Virus record (IMG/VR): IMGVR_UViG_3300023179_000073
Span: 1-64,000 of that record
DNA length: 64,000 bases
Source of the DNA: a virus
Direction: 5' to 3' (one strand)
Numbering within the stretch: position 1 is the first letter of the stretch; every line of letters begins with the position of its first letter. This document shows positions 1 to 8,769 of the stretch, one piece after another. Made by a program: the position numbers and the translations under genes. The notes under the pieces are model-generated. The model was not told the origin of the DNA and did no database searches. It worked only from the letters and a program-made list of their open reading frames with translations.

Positions 1-152
1 TGGATATAAGGTTTGTTATTACACTGGGGATATTACGATATTTTTTGTATACCCGCAGATTTTAAAATACTAACCGCTATTGCCCATGTTGGGCATGGGA
101 AGGTTTGATAGTTCTATTTTGCGCCAAACCTAATAAATGCTATACTTAACAA

Positions 153-521
153 ATGGCCACCATTGTTGATATTGACGATACTCTTCTTAGAAACGGAACT
201 CAACCTATCCGCCGAGTTATTGATTATGTCAATGCTTTGCCAGGTGCATTAATTATTGTAACTGGAAGAAATGTGTCACAGCGTAAAGAAACTGTGGCAG
301 CGTTAAGAGCAGCAGGTGTTAAGTATTCTAGACTTATTATGAATCCAGGGTCATCTGCAGATACCGCAAAATATAAATATGAGGTTGGCGTTAAACTAAG
401 ATCTCAAGTTAACCTAGCAATTGACAATAGTCCAAAAATGAGAGCAGCATACTCTAGGGCAGGTATACCAACAAAAGATCCTGCAACTCTTCCAGACATG
501 AAAAAGTTCTGGAAAATATAA
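153..521 (+). CDS. HAD-superfamily phosphatase (PNK 3'-phosphatase-like)
   Basis: Motif I DIDDTL, motif II VTGR, motif IV IDNS; leaderless start 6 nt after TGCTATACT. Confidence 0.75.
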   Translation: MATIVDIDDTLLRNGTQPIRRVIDYVNALPGALIIVTGRNVSQRKETVAALRAAGVKYSRLIMNPGSSADTAKYKYEVGVKLRSQVNLAIDNSPKMRAAYSRAGIPTKDPATLPDMKKFWKI

Positions 522-531
522 TATAATTAAT

Positions 532-594
532 CTGTCGGGGGAGACAGCGACATAAAATAACTGGCATACACCTGAGCATGTGGATAAAAGGCTC
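532..594 (+). ncRNA. Candidate small structured RNA (two tandem H-type pseudoknots)
   Basis: TGTCG(533-537)/CGACA(548-552) with loop CAG able to pair CTG(561-563); CAC(569-571)/GTG(580-582) with loop GAGC(574-577) pairing GCTC(591-594); TATAAT just upstream; GC-rich island in an AT-rich intergenic gap. Confidence 0.35.
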
Positions 595-631
595 TCTTGC
601 TTTTCCCGCCGAAATTTGATATGATTGAGTG

Positions 632-808
632 ATGAAGAATATAGCCAACCTTATTGCTGCATCAGGATGTTTTAATTTAGATGAGGCTCTTCGTGCCGTC
701 TCCGAACTTCATATCCCAGAAGGCACATTGGTTCACAGATGCCAAGAAGATAAAAAACCTTGGCCTTGCCAAACCATTAAAGCCATTAAAAAACAACTAA
801 CAAAGTGA
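632..808 (+). CDS. Small hypothetical protein, 58 aa (not in ORF track)
   Basis: Manual translation MKNIANLIAASGCFNLDEALRAVSELH...HRCQEDKKPWPCQTIKAIKKQLTK; ATG 6 nt after TGATATGAT. Confidence 0.65.
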   Translation: MKNIANLIAASGCFNLDEALRAVSELHIPEGTLVHRCQEDKKPWPCQTIKAIKKQLTK

Positions 809-820
809 TAAAATATTAAT

Positions 821-1342
821 ATGAAAAAAGTTATGAAAAAAGAAGACATAAAATCAATTAAAAATTTTGTAGAGCCAGACGATGCTAAATCTCTTATTGA
901 TTTAATGAACAATTTAAAATTAAAAAATGAACTTATGAGTGAAAGAGGAGATGGCACTTATAGGCTTTATAATTCTGATAATCCAATATTGATGAATTTT
1001 GTAACAAAATATTCTAAAAAATTTATTGGCGAAAGAGATCTTTATGTAACTGAAAACTTAGTAGCCTTTTATCAAGAAGGGGCTTTTATGAAAGTACATA
1101 AAGACATGGAGGGTGATCGTGAAATTGTTAGCACAGTAATATATTTAAATGACGAGTATACTGGCGGGGAATTATCATTCCCTGAAATTGAAAATGGTTA
1201 TTTTTATACTCCTAAAAAATATGAGTTGGTTCATTTTCCAACTCCATTTTTACATGGAGTTAATCCAGTAAAGTCTGGCAAAAGATATATTATTACGATT
1301 TCATATACCGATAAGCCAGAATATAGAAATCCTAAGTATTAA
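821..1342 (+). CDS. 2OG-Fe(II) oxygenase (prolyl-hydroxylase-like)
   Basis: HKD metal dyad, VIYLNDEYTGGELSF, distal H in FLHGV, KRY 2OG-binding Arg. Confidence 0.85.
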   Translation: MKKVMKKEDIKSIKNFVEPDDAKSLIDLMNNLKLKNELMSERGDGTYRLYNSDNPILMNFVTKYSKKFIGERDLYVTENLVAFYQEGAFMKVHKDMEGDREIVSTVIYLNDEYTGGELSFPEIENGYFYTPKKYELVHFPTPFLHGVNPVKSGKRYIITISYTDKPEYRNPKY

Positions 1343-1349
1343 AACAATA

Positions 1350-1559
1350 GTGAAACAATTAGATTTTGACAAACCAATGAATCAGTATGTGTTTGAATGT
1401 TGTATTGATTGTGGAAATTTTATTAGGACAAAAGACAAGGTCAAACTAACATTATTTATGTATGATCATTATGGAGAAAAGGGTATTAAACGCTGTTCTC
1501 ACAAATGGTATGGAGAATTTGTTTGGACCCTGCTAAATTGGAGGCATAGAAACCCATGA
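1350..1559 (+). CDS. Small Cys/His-rich hypothetical protein
   Basis: CIDC plus distal H and C; coupled to the next ORF. Confidence 0.55.
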   Translation: MKQLDFDKPMNQYVFECCIDCGNFIRTKDKVKLTLFMYDHYGEKGIKRCSHKWYGEFVWTLLNWRHRNP

Positions 1560-1750
1560 CAGAGATGACTAGTGTCGGACAAGATTATAGTTATAAAGAA
1601 ACTAATTTAACTTGGGCAGAAGAAGATGCAAACCTTTGGAAAGGTTGGACCTATAGCCCTGAAAAAAATCGTTATTATTTTAATGATATAGGCAATGAAT
1701 CTTTGGCAGCCTTTTGGGCAGATGAATTTTTAAATCAGGCATATAAATGA
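1556..1750 (+). CDS. Hypothetical protein
   Basis: ATGA overlaps with both neighbours. Confidence 0.6.
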   Translation: MTEMTSVGQDYSYKETNLTWAEEDANLWKGWTYSPEKNRYYFNDIGNESLAAFWADEFLNQAYK

Positions 1751-1869
1751 AAGATTTAGTTGACTTGGCCATTTCAATGACAGAGATAGATACAGGCATA
1801 AAACTATCACTAGAAGAACGTAAAGCAATGATAGAAAGAATATTAATTAAACTAGAAACCAGTAATTAA
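1747..1869 (+). CDS. Micro-protein, 40 aa
   Basis: Manual translation MKDLVDLAISMTEIDTGIKLSLEERKAMIERILIKLETSN; start overlaps the upstream stop. Confidence 0.45.
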   Translation: MKDLVDLAISMTEIDTGIKLSLEERKAMIERILIKLETSN

Positions 1870-1876
1870 TACTAAT

Positions 1877-2032
1877 ATGAAAATACGTAAACTTTGGTCT
1901 ATGTTGGCTGTTATTATTTTTAGTTCTGTTGCTTGGTGGATTTACAAAAGATATTTCAAATGCCCCATGGGCTTTCATACTAAAATAAATAAAGATCGCC
2001 CTTGTCTTATTTGTTCAAATAAAATGTTTTGA
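1877..2032 (+). CDS. Membrane-anchored Zn-binding micro-protein, 51 aa (DUF1660-like C-x4-H...CxxC)
   Basis: Manual translation: N-terminal TM, then KCPMGFH...PCLIC. Confidence 0.5.
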   Translation: MKIRKLWSMLAVIIFSSVAWWIYKRYFKCPMGFHTKINKDRPCLICSNKMF

Positions 2033-2048
2033 TGGTACAATTGTAGAT

Positions 2049-2747
2049 ATGTTTAGAAAAAAACCAATATTGCAATATGAATCTGCAATAGATGTGTATC
2101 CCAATATTATAACTCCAGCAAAAAATCATATACCAGAATGGTACAAAGAAATCCCTCGTTGGAAAAATAATGAAATTTTTGAAATTGGTAAAGGATTTAA
2201 TATAACTGTAAAACACTGTATGCCATTTTTAGATTCTTTTACAACTGGATATATGATAGTTTTACCAAACGACCTTTATGTTAAAAATAATAATGGATCA
2301 CCTTTTATAACTTGGAATGGTACAGAGTTTCCTCCAAAGTCAAGAGATGGGGTTGCAGACTTAAATTTAGTTCCAGTAGGCCATCACCCTACAGAATTTA
2401 CTTGGCAAACTGGTGTTGCAAATACTATTCCATTAGGATTTAGCATGCTCATTACTCATCCAATAAATAGATACGACTTACCATTTACAACACTAACTGG
2501 AATTGTTGATGGGGGATTAGTTATGCATCCTAATGGTAGTATTCCGTTTTATGTTAAAGAAGGCTTTGAAGGAATAATTGCTCAAGGAACACCAATAATG
2601 CAGTTAATACCTTTTCGTCAAGAAAACTGGTCATCCAAAAAAACAAAAGGACTAACAAAGATTGCAAAAAAACATCAAACTAAAACTAATCATTTAATTT
2701 ATGGATGGTACAAAAAAACATTTTGGACACGTAAACAATATGATTAA
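2049..2747 (+). CDS. DUF6065-like / dUTPase-fold-like hypothetical protein (paralogue 1)
   Basis: IPEWYK, KHCMPFLD...GY, HPINRYDLPF, GIVD, GTPIMQLIPF; clearly homologous to 11750-12463. Confidence 0.7.
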   Translation: MFRKKPILQYESAIDVYPNIITPAKNHIPEWYKEIPRWKNNEIFEIGKGFNITVKHCMPFLDSFTTGYMIVLPNDLYVKNNNGSPFITWNGTEFPPKSRDGVADLNLVPVGHHPTEFTWQTGVANTIPLGFSMLITHPINRYDLPFTTLTGIVDGGLVMHPNGSIPFYVKEGFEGIIAQGTPIMQLIPFRQENWSSKKTKGLTKIAKKHQTKTNHLIYGWYKKTFWTRKQYD

Positions 2748-2932
2748 AATTTATTATTTAACTTAATATAAAAACTTTCATTACATTTTTTGCAATACGA
2801 AGATGGGCTATCTTTGGTATGAAAAGTAGTAGAAACTAAAAATATCAAACCTTTCTTATGCATATCTAAATATTTTTTATCAGCATACCCATACAGAATT
2901 GGAATTAAAACATTGTTACAATAAGGGCACAT
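2744..2932 (-). CDS. Small zinc-ribbon protein
   Basis: CPYC...PILYG...CKKC. Confidence 0.6.
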   Translation of the reverse strand: MCPYCNNVLIPILYGYADKKYLDMHKKGLIFLVSTTFHTKDSPSSYCKKCNESFYIKLNNKF

Positions 2933-2933
2933 A

Positions 2934-3281
2934 TCAAGGAACTGTCCTCATTATTTTATAGGAGTAGGGGTTTAAAGGATCATAGTTGTAGCCACCAGTG
3001 CCTTTGTTATACCGTGCCACAATTGTGTTGTATCTATTAACAATATCAATAATTACAGTGTTAGCCTTATCAACATCACGGTCATGGGCATCTTGTTCTC
3101 TTATCAAATCTAAACTGCTTTTTGCAATAATATCACTGGTGTATCTAATGCAATAGTTAGATTGATTAAAAGCCATTTGATTGGTATGTTTTAAATCCCC
3201 TGCTACAAAAAGCAGGGCGGTAGATAATATTAAGATTAAAAATGCCTGTACCCAAATCAAAGTCTTTACTTTTATACTCAT
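2934..3281 (-). CDS. Membrane-anchored hypothetical protein
   Basis: N-terminal TM helix then a coiled segment; TGATATAAT 8 nt upstream of the ATG. Confidence 0.6.
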   Translation of the reverse strand: MSIKVKTLIWVQAFLILILSTALLFVAGDLKHTNQMAFNQSNYCIRYTSDIIAKSSLDLIREQDAHDRDVDKANTVIIDIVNRYNTIVARYNKGTGGYNYDPLNPYSYKIMRTVP

Positions 3282-3300
3282 ATAAATATATTATATCATC

Positions 3301-3329
3301 TTGACATTGAGCCTAAAATTTGATATACT
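3301..3329 (+). promoter_or_regulatory. Consensus sigma70/SigA promoter, back-to-back with a minus-strand extended -10 at 3290-3298
   Basis: TTGACA-17 nt-TATACT with TG extension. Confidence 0.75.
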
Positions 3330-3337
3330 GGTTTTGT

Positions 3338-3445
3338 ATGTCGGTAAATAAATTCATTGTTTGTGAAATATGTAAGGAAGAGGTTCATGTGAGGTCTAAA
3401 ATGGCATATCAAACCCTTTATAATCATGTTAAAATACACAAATGA
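3338..3445 (+). CDS. C2H2-zinc-finger-like micro-protein, 35 aa
   Basis: MSVNKFIVCEICKEEVHVRSKMAYQTLYNHVKIHK: CxxC...HxxxH; directly after a consensus promoter. Confidence 0.55.
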   Translation: MSVNKFIVCEICKEEVHVRSKMAYQTLYNHVKIHK

Positions 3446-3612
3446 GAAAAATAAAAGAATTTAAACAATTTGACACCCCAATTAACTTAATTATTCATAC
3501 AAGGTGTCCAGACAAATGGCTTCTTTTAGACAGAGAAACTGGAGAAATATATCAAGGTAATTCTGCGGGGCATTGGGATAGGCTTGATCCAATTATAAAA
3601 AATAAATTATAA
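3442..3612 (+). CDS. Micro-protein, 56 aa
   Basis: MRKIKEF...HTRCPDKWLLLDRETGEIYQG...; ATGA coupling. Confidence 0.55.
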   Translation: MRKIKEFKQFDTPINLIIHTRCPDKWLLLDRETGEIYQGNSAGHWDRLDPIIKNKL

Positions 3613-3648
3613 CTTTACAAACTAAAACAATTGAGGTATACTTATATT

Positions 3649-4047
3649 ATGAAAAAAATAATAATAACTTTTTTACTGCTAACATTATTAATACCAAATA
3701 CTTCTGCTGTGGCTGCAACAAAATCTTTAAAAACTAAAGAAAATAAGGCTTCTTGCAAAAATATTAAAACAAAGTACGAGTTAGAAATAATGTCAAAATG
3801 GTCTGATGGCTTAGCAAGTGATCAAGAAGTATTAAAAGAAATAGATTTAAATATTGAAATATTATCTAGAGGACAAAAACTTACAACTGGTAAAATTAAA
3901 ACTGTAATTAGAGATTGGATCAAAGCAGAAAAAAATACTAAAGATGCCTTAATAGATAAAAATGTTGAAGCAATTACGGCTGCAATGAATTTAAAAATTT
4001 CTTCAATTAGTAATTTTGACAAATTGTGTAAGTCTATAGAAAAATAA
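3649..4047 (+). CDS. Secreted helical protein with signal peptide
   Basis: MKKIIITFLLLTLLIPNTSAVA; TTTACA-17-TATACT promoter 6 nt before ATG 3649 supports this start; two Cys. Confidence 0.7.
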   Translation: MKKIIITFLLLTLLIPNTSAVAATKSLKTKENKASCKNIKTKYELEIMSKWSDGLASDQEVLKEIDLNIEILSRGQKLTTGKIKTVIRDWIKAEKNTKDALIDKNVEAITAAMNLKISSISNFDKLCKSIEK

Positions 4048-4048
4048 C

Positions 4049-4207
4049 ATGAACGAAAAACAAATACGTGAGCAAATAGCCAAAGAAATTGAGGCTATTG
4101 ATATTGATCAAAGCCATACTAATGCGGTTGGAATGAAGATTCTTGCTGCAAATATTTTAAGAAATTTCAAAAACAAAAAAACAAACAAGAAGGAAGGTTA
4201 CAAATGA
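4049..4207 (+). CDS. Micro-protein of the IREQIA family, 52 aa
   Basis: IREQIAKEI...AANILR, a motif shared with 4459-4683. Confidence 0.55.
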   Translation: MNEKQIREQIAKEIEAIDIDQSHTNAVGMKILAANILRNFKNKKTNKKEGYK

Positions 4208-4359
4208 ATTTTTCTTGCAATCCAAATGAACATACTTTAGAAGCATACATTACAGATAAGGAAATGAACGTTCTATTAATATGCACAAAGTGTAAAATAG
4301 AACAAAGAGTTTTTACTAATCAAGAATCAATTAAAAACATAGATTTTAATAAAAAATAA
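4204..4359 (+). CDS. Zn-binding micro-protein, 51 aa
   Basis: CNPNEH...CTKC; ATGA coupling. Confidence 0.5.
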   Translation: MNFSCNPNEHTLEAYITDKEMNVLLICTKCKIEQRVFTNQESIKNIDFNKK

Positions 4360-4466
4360 TGTTTGTTTTTTGCAATAATTGTGGCAATAAGTTAATAAAT
4401 AAAGACTGTCTTAACTGTTATAATAATTCTACTGCTTTAAAAGAATTTGAGGATGAAGATGACTAA
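4359..4466 (+). CDS. Zinc-ribbon micro-protein, 35 aa
   Basis: MFVFCNNCGNKLINKDCLNCYNN...; TAATG coupling. Confidence 0.5.
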   Translation: MFVFCNNCGNKLINKDCLNCYNNSTALKEFEDEDD

Positions 4467-4683
4467 TTGGACAGAAGAATTAACAGATAAACAAAAAAAA
4501 CAAGTTTGGAGTTTTATTGTATTTACTGTAAAAGAAATTAGAGAGCAAATTGCTCAAGACATACTTGCAACTGCAGATATATGGATGGCAAAAGGATATT
4601 TAAAAAGTCGTAGAACATCAAAAGCATTTTTAGTTTCTGCTGCAATTGCTAGAGGAGAAAACGAAAAGATATCATGGCAATAA
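4459..4683 (+). CDS. Hypothetical protein of the IREQIA family
   Basis: IREQIAQDI...AAIARG. Confidence 0.6.
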   Translation: MTNWTEELTDKQKKQVWSFIVFTVKEIREQIAQDILATADIWMAKGYLKSRRTSKAFLVSAAIARGENEKISWQ

Positions 4684-5369
4684 CAGTTTATTGGTCTTGT
4701 GCCGAAGAAGAGTGGCTAAGGGCAAAAAGTCCTGAACCAGTATATCAAAATTTTATTAAAAATCTAAAAGATAAAAATACTCAAATAGAAATGTGTCCAG
4801 CAGTTAAAGATTATGCAAAAAATACTTTTTCTATGGAATCTATTTATGATTATGATTTTGAAATAGATGATAAATCAAAAAATGTTTTTTCAAAATTATA
4901 TGATCAAAAATTTTTTGATCAACATGTATTAATCCGCTCAATAAATGATAAATTTTTTTCTTTTAGTCAAAAATATGTTTTTTTTACAGAAGAAAAAACA
5001 TTAAAAATGTCTGCAAATATTTTTCCATATTTAGAAGATAATAATATAACTAAAAAATGTATAACAATTCCAGGCACTTTAGATATTGGAAAATGGTTTC
5101 GTGTGATGGATTTTGCTTTTTATTTAAAAAAAGATTACAATAAATTTGAAATTAAACAAAATGAAATTTATCAATATATAGTATTTGATACAAATGAAAA
5201 AATTATTTTTAAACAATTTATTTGCAATGATAAAATAAATAAATATTTATTAGATATAGTACAAGCAAAAGCATTTAAAAAAATAAAAAATATAAAACTA
5301 GAAGAATATTATTTAATGCTTAAACATAAAAAATATATAATAAGAGAAATTAAAAATAATTTAATATAG
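4674..5369 (+). CDS. Hypothetical protein, distant DUF6065-like paralogue
   Basis: CPAVKDY and PGTLDIGKWFR motifs; very AT-rich. Confidence 0.5.
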   Translation: MAITVYWSCAEEEWLRAKSPEPVYQNFIKNLKDKNTQIEMCPAVKDYAKNTFSMESIYDYDFEIDDKSKNVFSKLYDQKFFDQHVLIRSINDKFFSFSQKYVFFTEEKTLKMSANIFPYLEDNNITKKCITIPGTLDIGKWFRVMDFAFYLKKDYNKFEIKQNEIYQYIVFDTNEKIIFKQFICNDKINKYLLDIVQAKAFKKIKNIKLEEYYLMLKHKKYIIREIKNNLI

Positions 5370-5377
5370 GAGTAAAA

Positions 5378-6337
5378 ATGTTTAATATAGTGTTTTTAGG
5401 CAATTTTGAAGTTCCTTATAGCAGTGAAAATCATCATGCCAAGTCTTTGGAGTCTCTTGGCCATACCGTGCAAAAATTGCAAGAGAAAAAAGCGGGTAGC
5501 ACAGAAATATTAAAAGCAGCACTAACCTCTGACCTATTTATTTGGGTACATACACATAGGTGGCAAACTCCAGGATCTAGATCTATGACTGATGTATTAA
5601 AAGATTTAAAGGCTGCTGGTATACCAACCATGACCTATCATTTAGATTTATGGTTTGGAATTGAACGTGAAAAAGATTTAAAGAATGATGACTTCTACAC
5701 AAACATAGGTCATTTCTTTGCTACAGATAAGTTAATGTGTGATTGGTTTAATGAAAATACACAAGTAAAAGGACATTTCCTTCCTGCTGGAGTATATGAT
5801 AAAGAGTGTTACATTCATCAAGATTACGATCCACACAACTTTGAAAATGACATTATCTTTGTTGGTAGCAGAGGTTATCATCATGAACATAAATATCGTC
5901 CACAATTAATAGATTTTTTAAAAAAAACATACGGTAAAAGATTTTTACATGTTGGTGGTGATGGAGATACTGGAACTGTACGTGGGGAAGCGCTTAATCG
6001 CATCTATGCAAAAAGCAAGGTAGCAATAGGTGATAGTTTAAACATTAATTTTAATTATCCTTACTATACTAGTGATAGATTATTTGAAAGCACTGGTCGT
6101 GGTGGATTTACTATCTATCCCCGCATAAAAGGACTTGATGAATATTTTGAAGATGGTAAAGAGATTATATTTTACGAGCACGGCAATCTTGAAGACCTTA
6201 AGCAAAAAATAGATTACTACATTTTAGATGGATTAACTAGAGAAGAAATAAGACTTGCTGGCCATGAGCGAACTAAAAAAGAACATACGTACGTTCATAG
6301 ATGGACAAGCATATTAGAAATTTTAAATATAAAATGA
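5378..6337 (+). CDS. Glycosyltransferase, CgeB/YkvP-like (GT-B, Glyco_trans_1_2)
   Basis: DIIFVGS, SDRLFESTGRGGF, C-terminal EHTYVHR; AGGAG RBS. Confidence 0.8.
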   Translation: MFNIVFLGNFEVPYSSENHHAKSLESLGHTVQKLQEKKAGSTEILKAALTSDLFIWVHTHRWQTPGSRSMTDVLKDLKAAGIPTMTYHLDLWFGIEREKDLKNDDFYTNIGHFFATDKLMCDWFNENTQVKGHFLPAGVYDKECYIHQDYDPHNFENDIIFVGSRGYHHEHKYRPQLIDFLKKTYGKRFLHVGGDGDTGTVRGEALNRIYAKSKVAIGDSLNINFNYPYYTSDRLFESTGRGGFTIYPRIKGLDEYFEDGKEIIFYEHGNLEDLKQKIDYYILDGLTREEIRLAGHERTKKEHTYVHRWTSILEILNIK

Positions 6338-7218
6338 AATATTTAGTTACTGGCGGTGCAGGGTTTATTGGCTCTAATCTTGTTGATAAGTTGATTGAAC
6401 TTGGTAATGAAGTTGTTTGTATAGATAATGAATCAGCAGAGTGTCATGATCAATTTTATTGGAATAATGTGGCACAAAATTATAAATATGATATATGCAA
6501 CTATGATTTAGTTGCTCCATTATTTAAAGATGTTGACTGTGTATTTCATGTTGCGTCAGATGCCAGAATACAGCCAGCAATTTTAAATCCTAAAAAATCA
6601 ATAGAAAATAATGTTATTGGAACTTCAAATGTGTTAGAGTTATCAAGAATTAATAAAGTTAAAAGGGTTATATATTCAAGTACATCTTCTGCGTATGGTA
6701 AAACAGCGTTGTTGCCAAACCGTGAAAACCAATCATCAGATCCACTAACCCCATATTCTACTTCAAAAGTGTTTGGTGAAAATTTAGCAAAAGTTTATTA
6801 TAATCTTTATAATTTAGAAACAATATCACTACGATATTTTAATGTATATGGAAATAGACAGCCTTTAAGGGGTCAGTATGCTCCAGTTATTGGATTATTT
6901 TTAAAACAAAAGGTAGAGAGAAAACCTTTAACAATTGTAGGAAATGGTACGCAAAAAAGAGATTTTACCCACATATCAGATGTGGTTCAAGCAAACATAC
7001 TTGCTTCTGCTGTTACAAATGGTTTTGGGGAAGTATATAATATAGGAACTGGTACCAATTACTCTATTATTGAGATTGCTAATATGATTTCAAATGATAT
7101 TAAATTTATACCGCCAAGAGTTGGAGAAGTTCAAGAAACACTTGCCTCTAATACTAAGTTTAAAAAATTAACTAATTGGTCTCCACAAGTGTCTTTAATT
7201 GAGTGGCTAAAGAAATGA
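6334..7218 (+). CDS. NAD-dependent nucleotide-sugar epimerase/dehydratase (extended SDR)
   Basis: TGGAGFIG, SSTSSAYG, YSTSK, LRYFNVYG, RDFTHISD. Confidence 0.92.
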   Translation: MKYLVTGGAGFIGSNLVDKLIELGNEVVCIDNESAECHDQFYWNNVAQNYKYDICNYDLVAPLFKDVDCVFHVASDARIQPAILNPKKSIENNVIGTSNVLELSRINKVKRVIYSSTSSAYGKTALLPNRENQSSDPLTPYSTSKVFGENLAKVYYNLYNLETISLRYFNVYGNRQPLRGQYAPVIGLFLKQKVERKPLTIVGNGTQKRDFTHISDVVQANILASAVTNGFGEVYNIGTGTNYSIIEIANMISNDIKFIPPRVGEVQETLASNTKFKKLTNWSPQVSLIEWLKK

Positions 7219-7922
7219 CAGAAGTTGTTCGTGCTAATTTAAATAATGAATTTTTAATTGTGTTGCCAAAACATCGTGCTGATAGGCCAGAGTGGTATAC
7301 AGAAAAGGGCTGGGAAAGAAAAAGATTACGATCAATGCATGAAAACCTTGGACCAAATGATGTTATATATTATGTTGGCGGGGAAGAAGGAGAAATGGTT
7401 GCTTTATGTCAAATATGGGGGGCAAAGACTGTTATCTTTGAACCAAATCCAAAGGTATGGTCACATTATCCATTGATATGGAAGCACAATGATTTAGAAA
7501 TGCCTATTGCATGTATTCCTGGATTTGCATCTGATAAGATAAATAATCTTTCAAGAATTTATTATAATGAATGGCCACCAGAAGCAAGTAACATAATTGA
7601 TTCAGCACATGGATTTAAAGAGTTATATTTAGAAGGTGACAATTATGGTCAAATAACCATAGATTTTTGTGTTTATAATCATAGAATATCTCCACCTACC
7701 GCAATTTCTTTAGATGTAGAAGGAAGCGAGGGTAGGGTTTTAAAGGGCGCAGAAGCCGTTTTAAAGGAGTTTAAACCTAAGATATGGCTATCTGGTCATC
7801 CAGAATTTATGATGCAGCAATGGAATGAATATTTATATGATTTAAGATTTTGGTTGTGGGGGCTAGGATATAAAGAAACATTGTTAGATTATCAGCATGA
7901 GGTACACTTATTTTATGAGTAA
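7215..7922 (+). CDS. FkbM-family methyltransferase
   Basis: YYVGGEEG (variant motif I), IFEPNP, ISLDVEGSEGRVLKGA. Confidence 0.8.
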   Translation: MTEVVRANLNNEFLIVLPKHRADRPEWYTEKGWERKRLRSMHENLGPNDVIYYVGGEEGEMVALCQIWGAKTVIFEPNPKVWSHYPLIWKHNDLEMPIACIPGFASDKINNLSRIYYNEWPPEASNIIDSAHGFKELYLEGDNYGQITIDFCVYNHRISPPTAISLDVEGSEGRVLKGAEAVLKEFKPKIWLSGHPEFMMQQWNEYLYDLRFWLWGLGYKETLLDYQHEVHLFYE

Positions 7923-8769
7923 TATCAAGGCATATCTTTATTCAGTTAAACAAGAAGACTGTGCTGCTGATAAGTGGGATTATGGCTTATTAAAAGAATT
8001 TTTTAATAAAAATAGTATTAAACCAAGTAGGGTTATAAATCTTCCTGAAACAGACAGGGCATTTGTTGTTATTCCTGGACCCCAAAATGTAGACCATGAA
8101 GATCAAATATCTGAAGAGTTAAATAAAATAAATAGAGTAGTTTTATTTATTACTGGAGACGAAAGCGCTACCTTTAAAGTTGATAAAATAAGACATAACA
8201 ATATTGAAATTTGGATTCAATACCCGCATAAAAAACATTCACAATATAATAAATTGGCTTTAGGTGTTCCGCAACATTTATCAAAAAATTTACCGCAATA
8301 TCAAGACAAAACATATGATGTATTTTTTTCAGGACAAATAACACATCAAAGAAGACAAGAACTTGCAACCGTTATGCCAAACATACCTAATTCTTTTTAT
8401 AATCCAACAACTGGATTTGCAGAAGGCTTAAAGCCAAAAACATATTATGACAAAATGATTTTATCAAAGATTGTGCCTTGTCCTAGCGGAGCAATGATTG
8501 TTGACTCATTTAGATTTTATGAAGCAATTGAAATGCTTTGCTTACCTATAGGTGACGAATTAGATTCAAGAATGCAACGTACAGATTTTTTTAATTTTTT
8601 ATTTCAAGGTGAACATTCAATAAAAACTGTTGAAAATTGGCAGCACTTAAATGATTTATTGCCTGAATTATTAAACAATTATATATCTGAAATGCATCAA
8701 ATAGTTTGTTGGTGGATAAAATATAAAAGAGATCTTTCTATTGAACTAATGAGGCAAGTAAATGCATAA
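7915..8769 (+). CDS. Exostosin/GT47-like glycosyltransferase
   Basis: YDVFFSGQ, SKIVPCPSG...DSFRFYEAIEMLCLPI resemble the GT47 C-terminal motifs. Confidence 0.65.
   Translation: MSNIKAYLYSVKQEDCAADKWDYGLLKEFFNKNSIKPSRVINLPETDRAFVVIPGPQNVDHEDQISEELNKINRVVLFITGDESATFKVDKIRHNNIEIWIQYPHKKHSQYNKLALGVPQHLSKNLPQYQDKTYDVFFSGQITHQRRQELATVMPNIPNSFYNPTTGFAEGLKPKTYYDKMILSKIVPCPSGAMIVDSFRFYEAIEMLCLPIGDELDSRMQRTDFFNFLFQGEHSIKTVENWQHLNDLLPELLNNYISEMHQIVCWWIKYKRDLSIELMRQVNA

Noticed and set aside
117-617. Similar TTTT(G/CC)CGCC(A/G)AA motifs upstream of two promoters (about 117-128 and 601-614)
   Set aside because: Only two imperfect copies with different spacing to the -10 box; insufficient to call an operator
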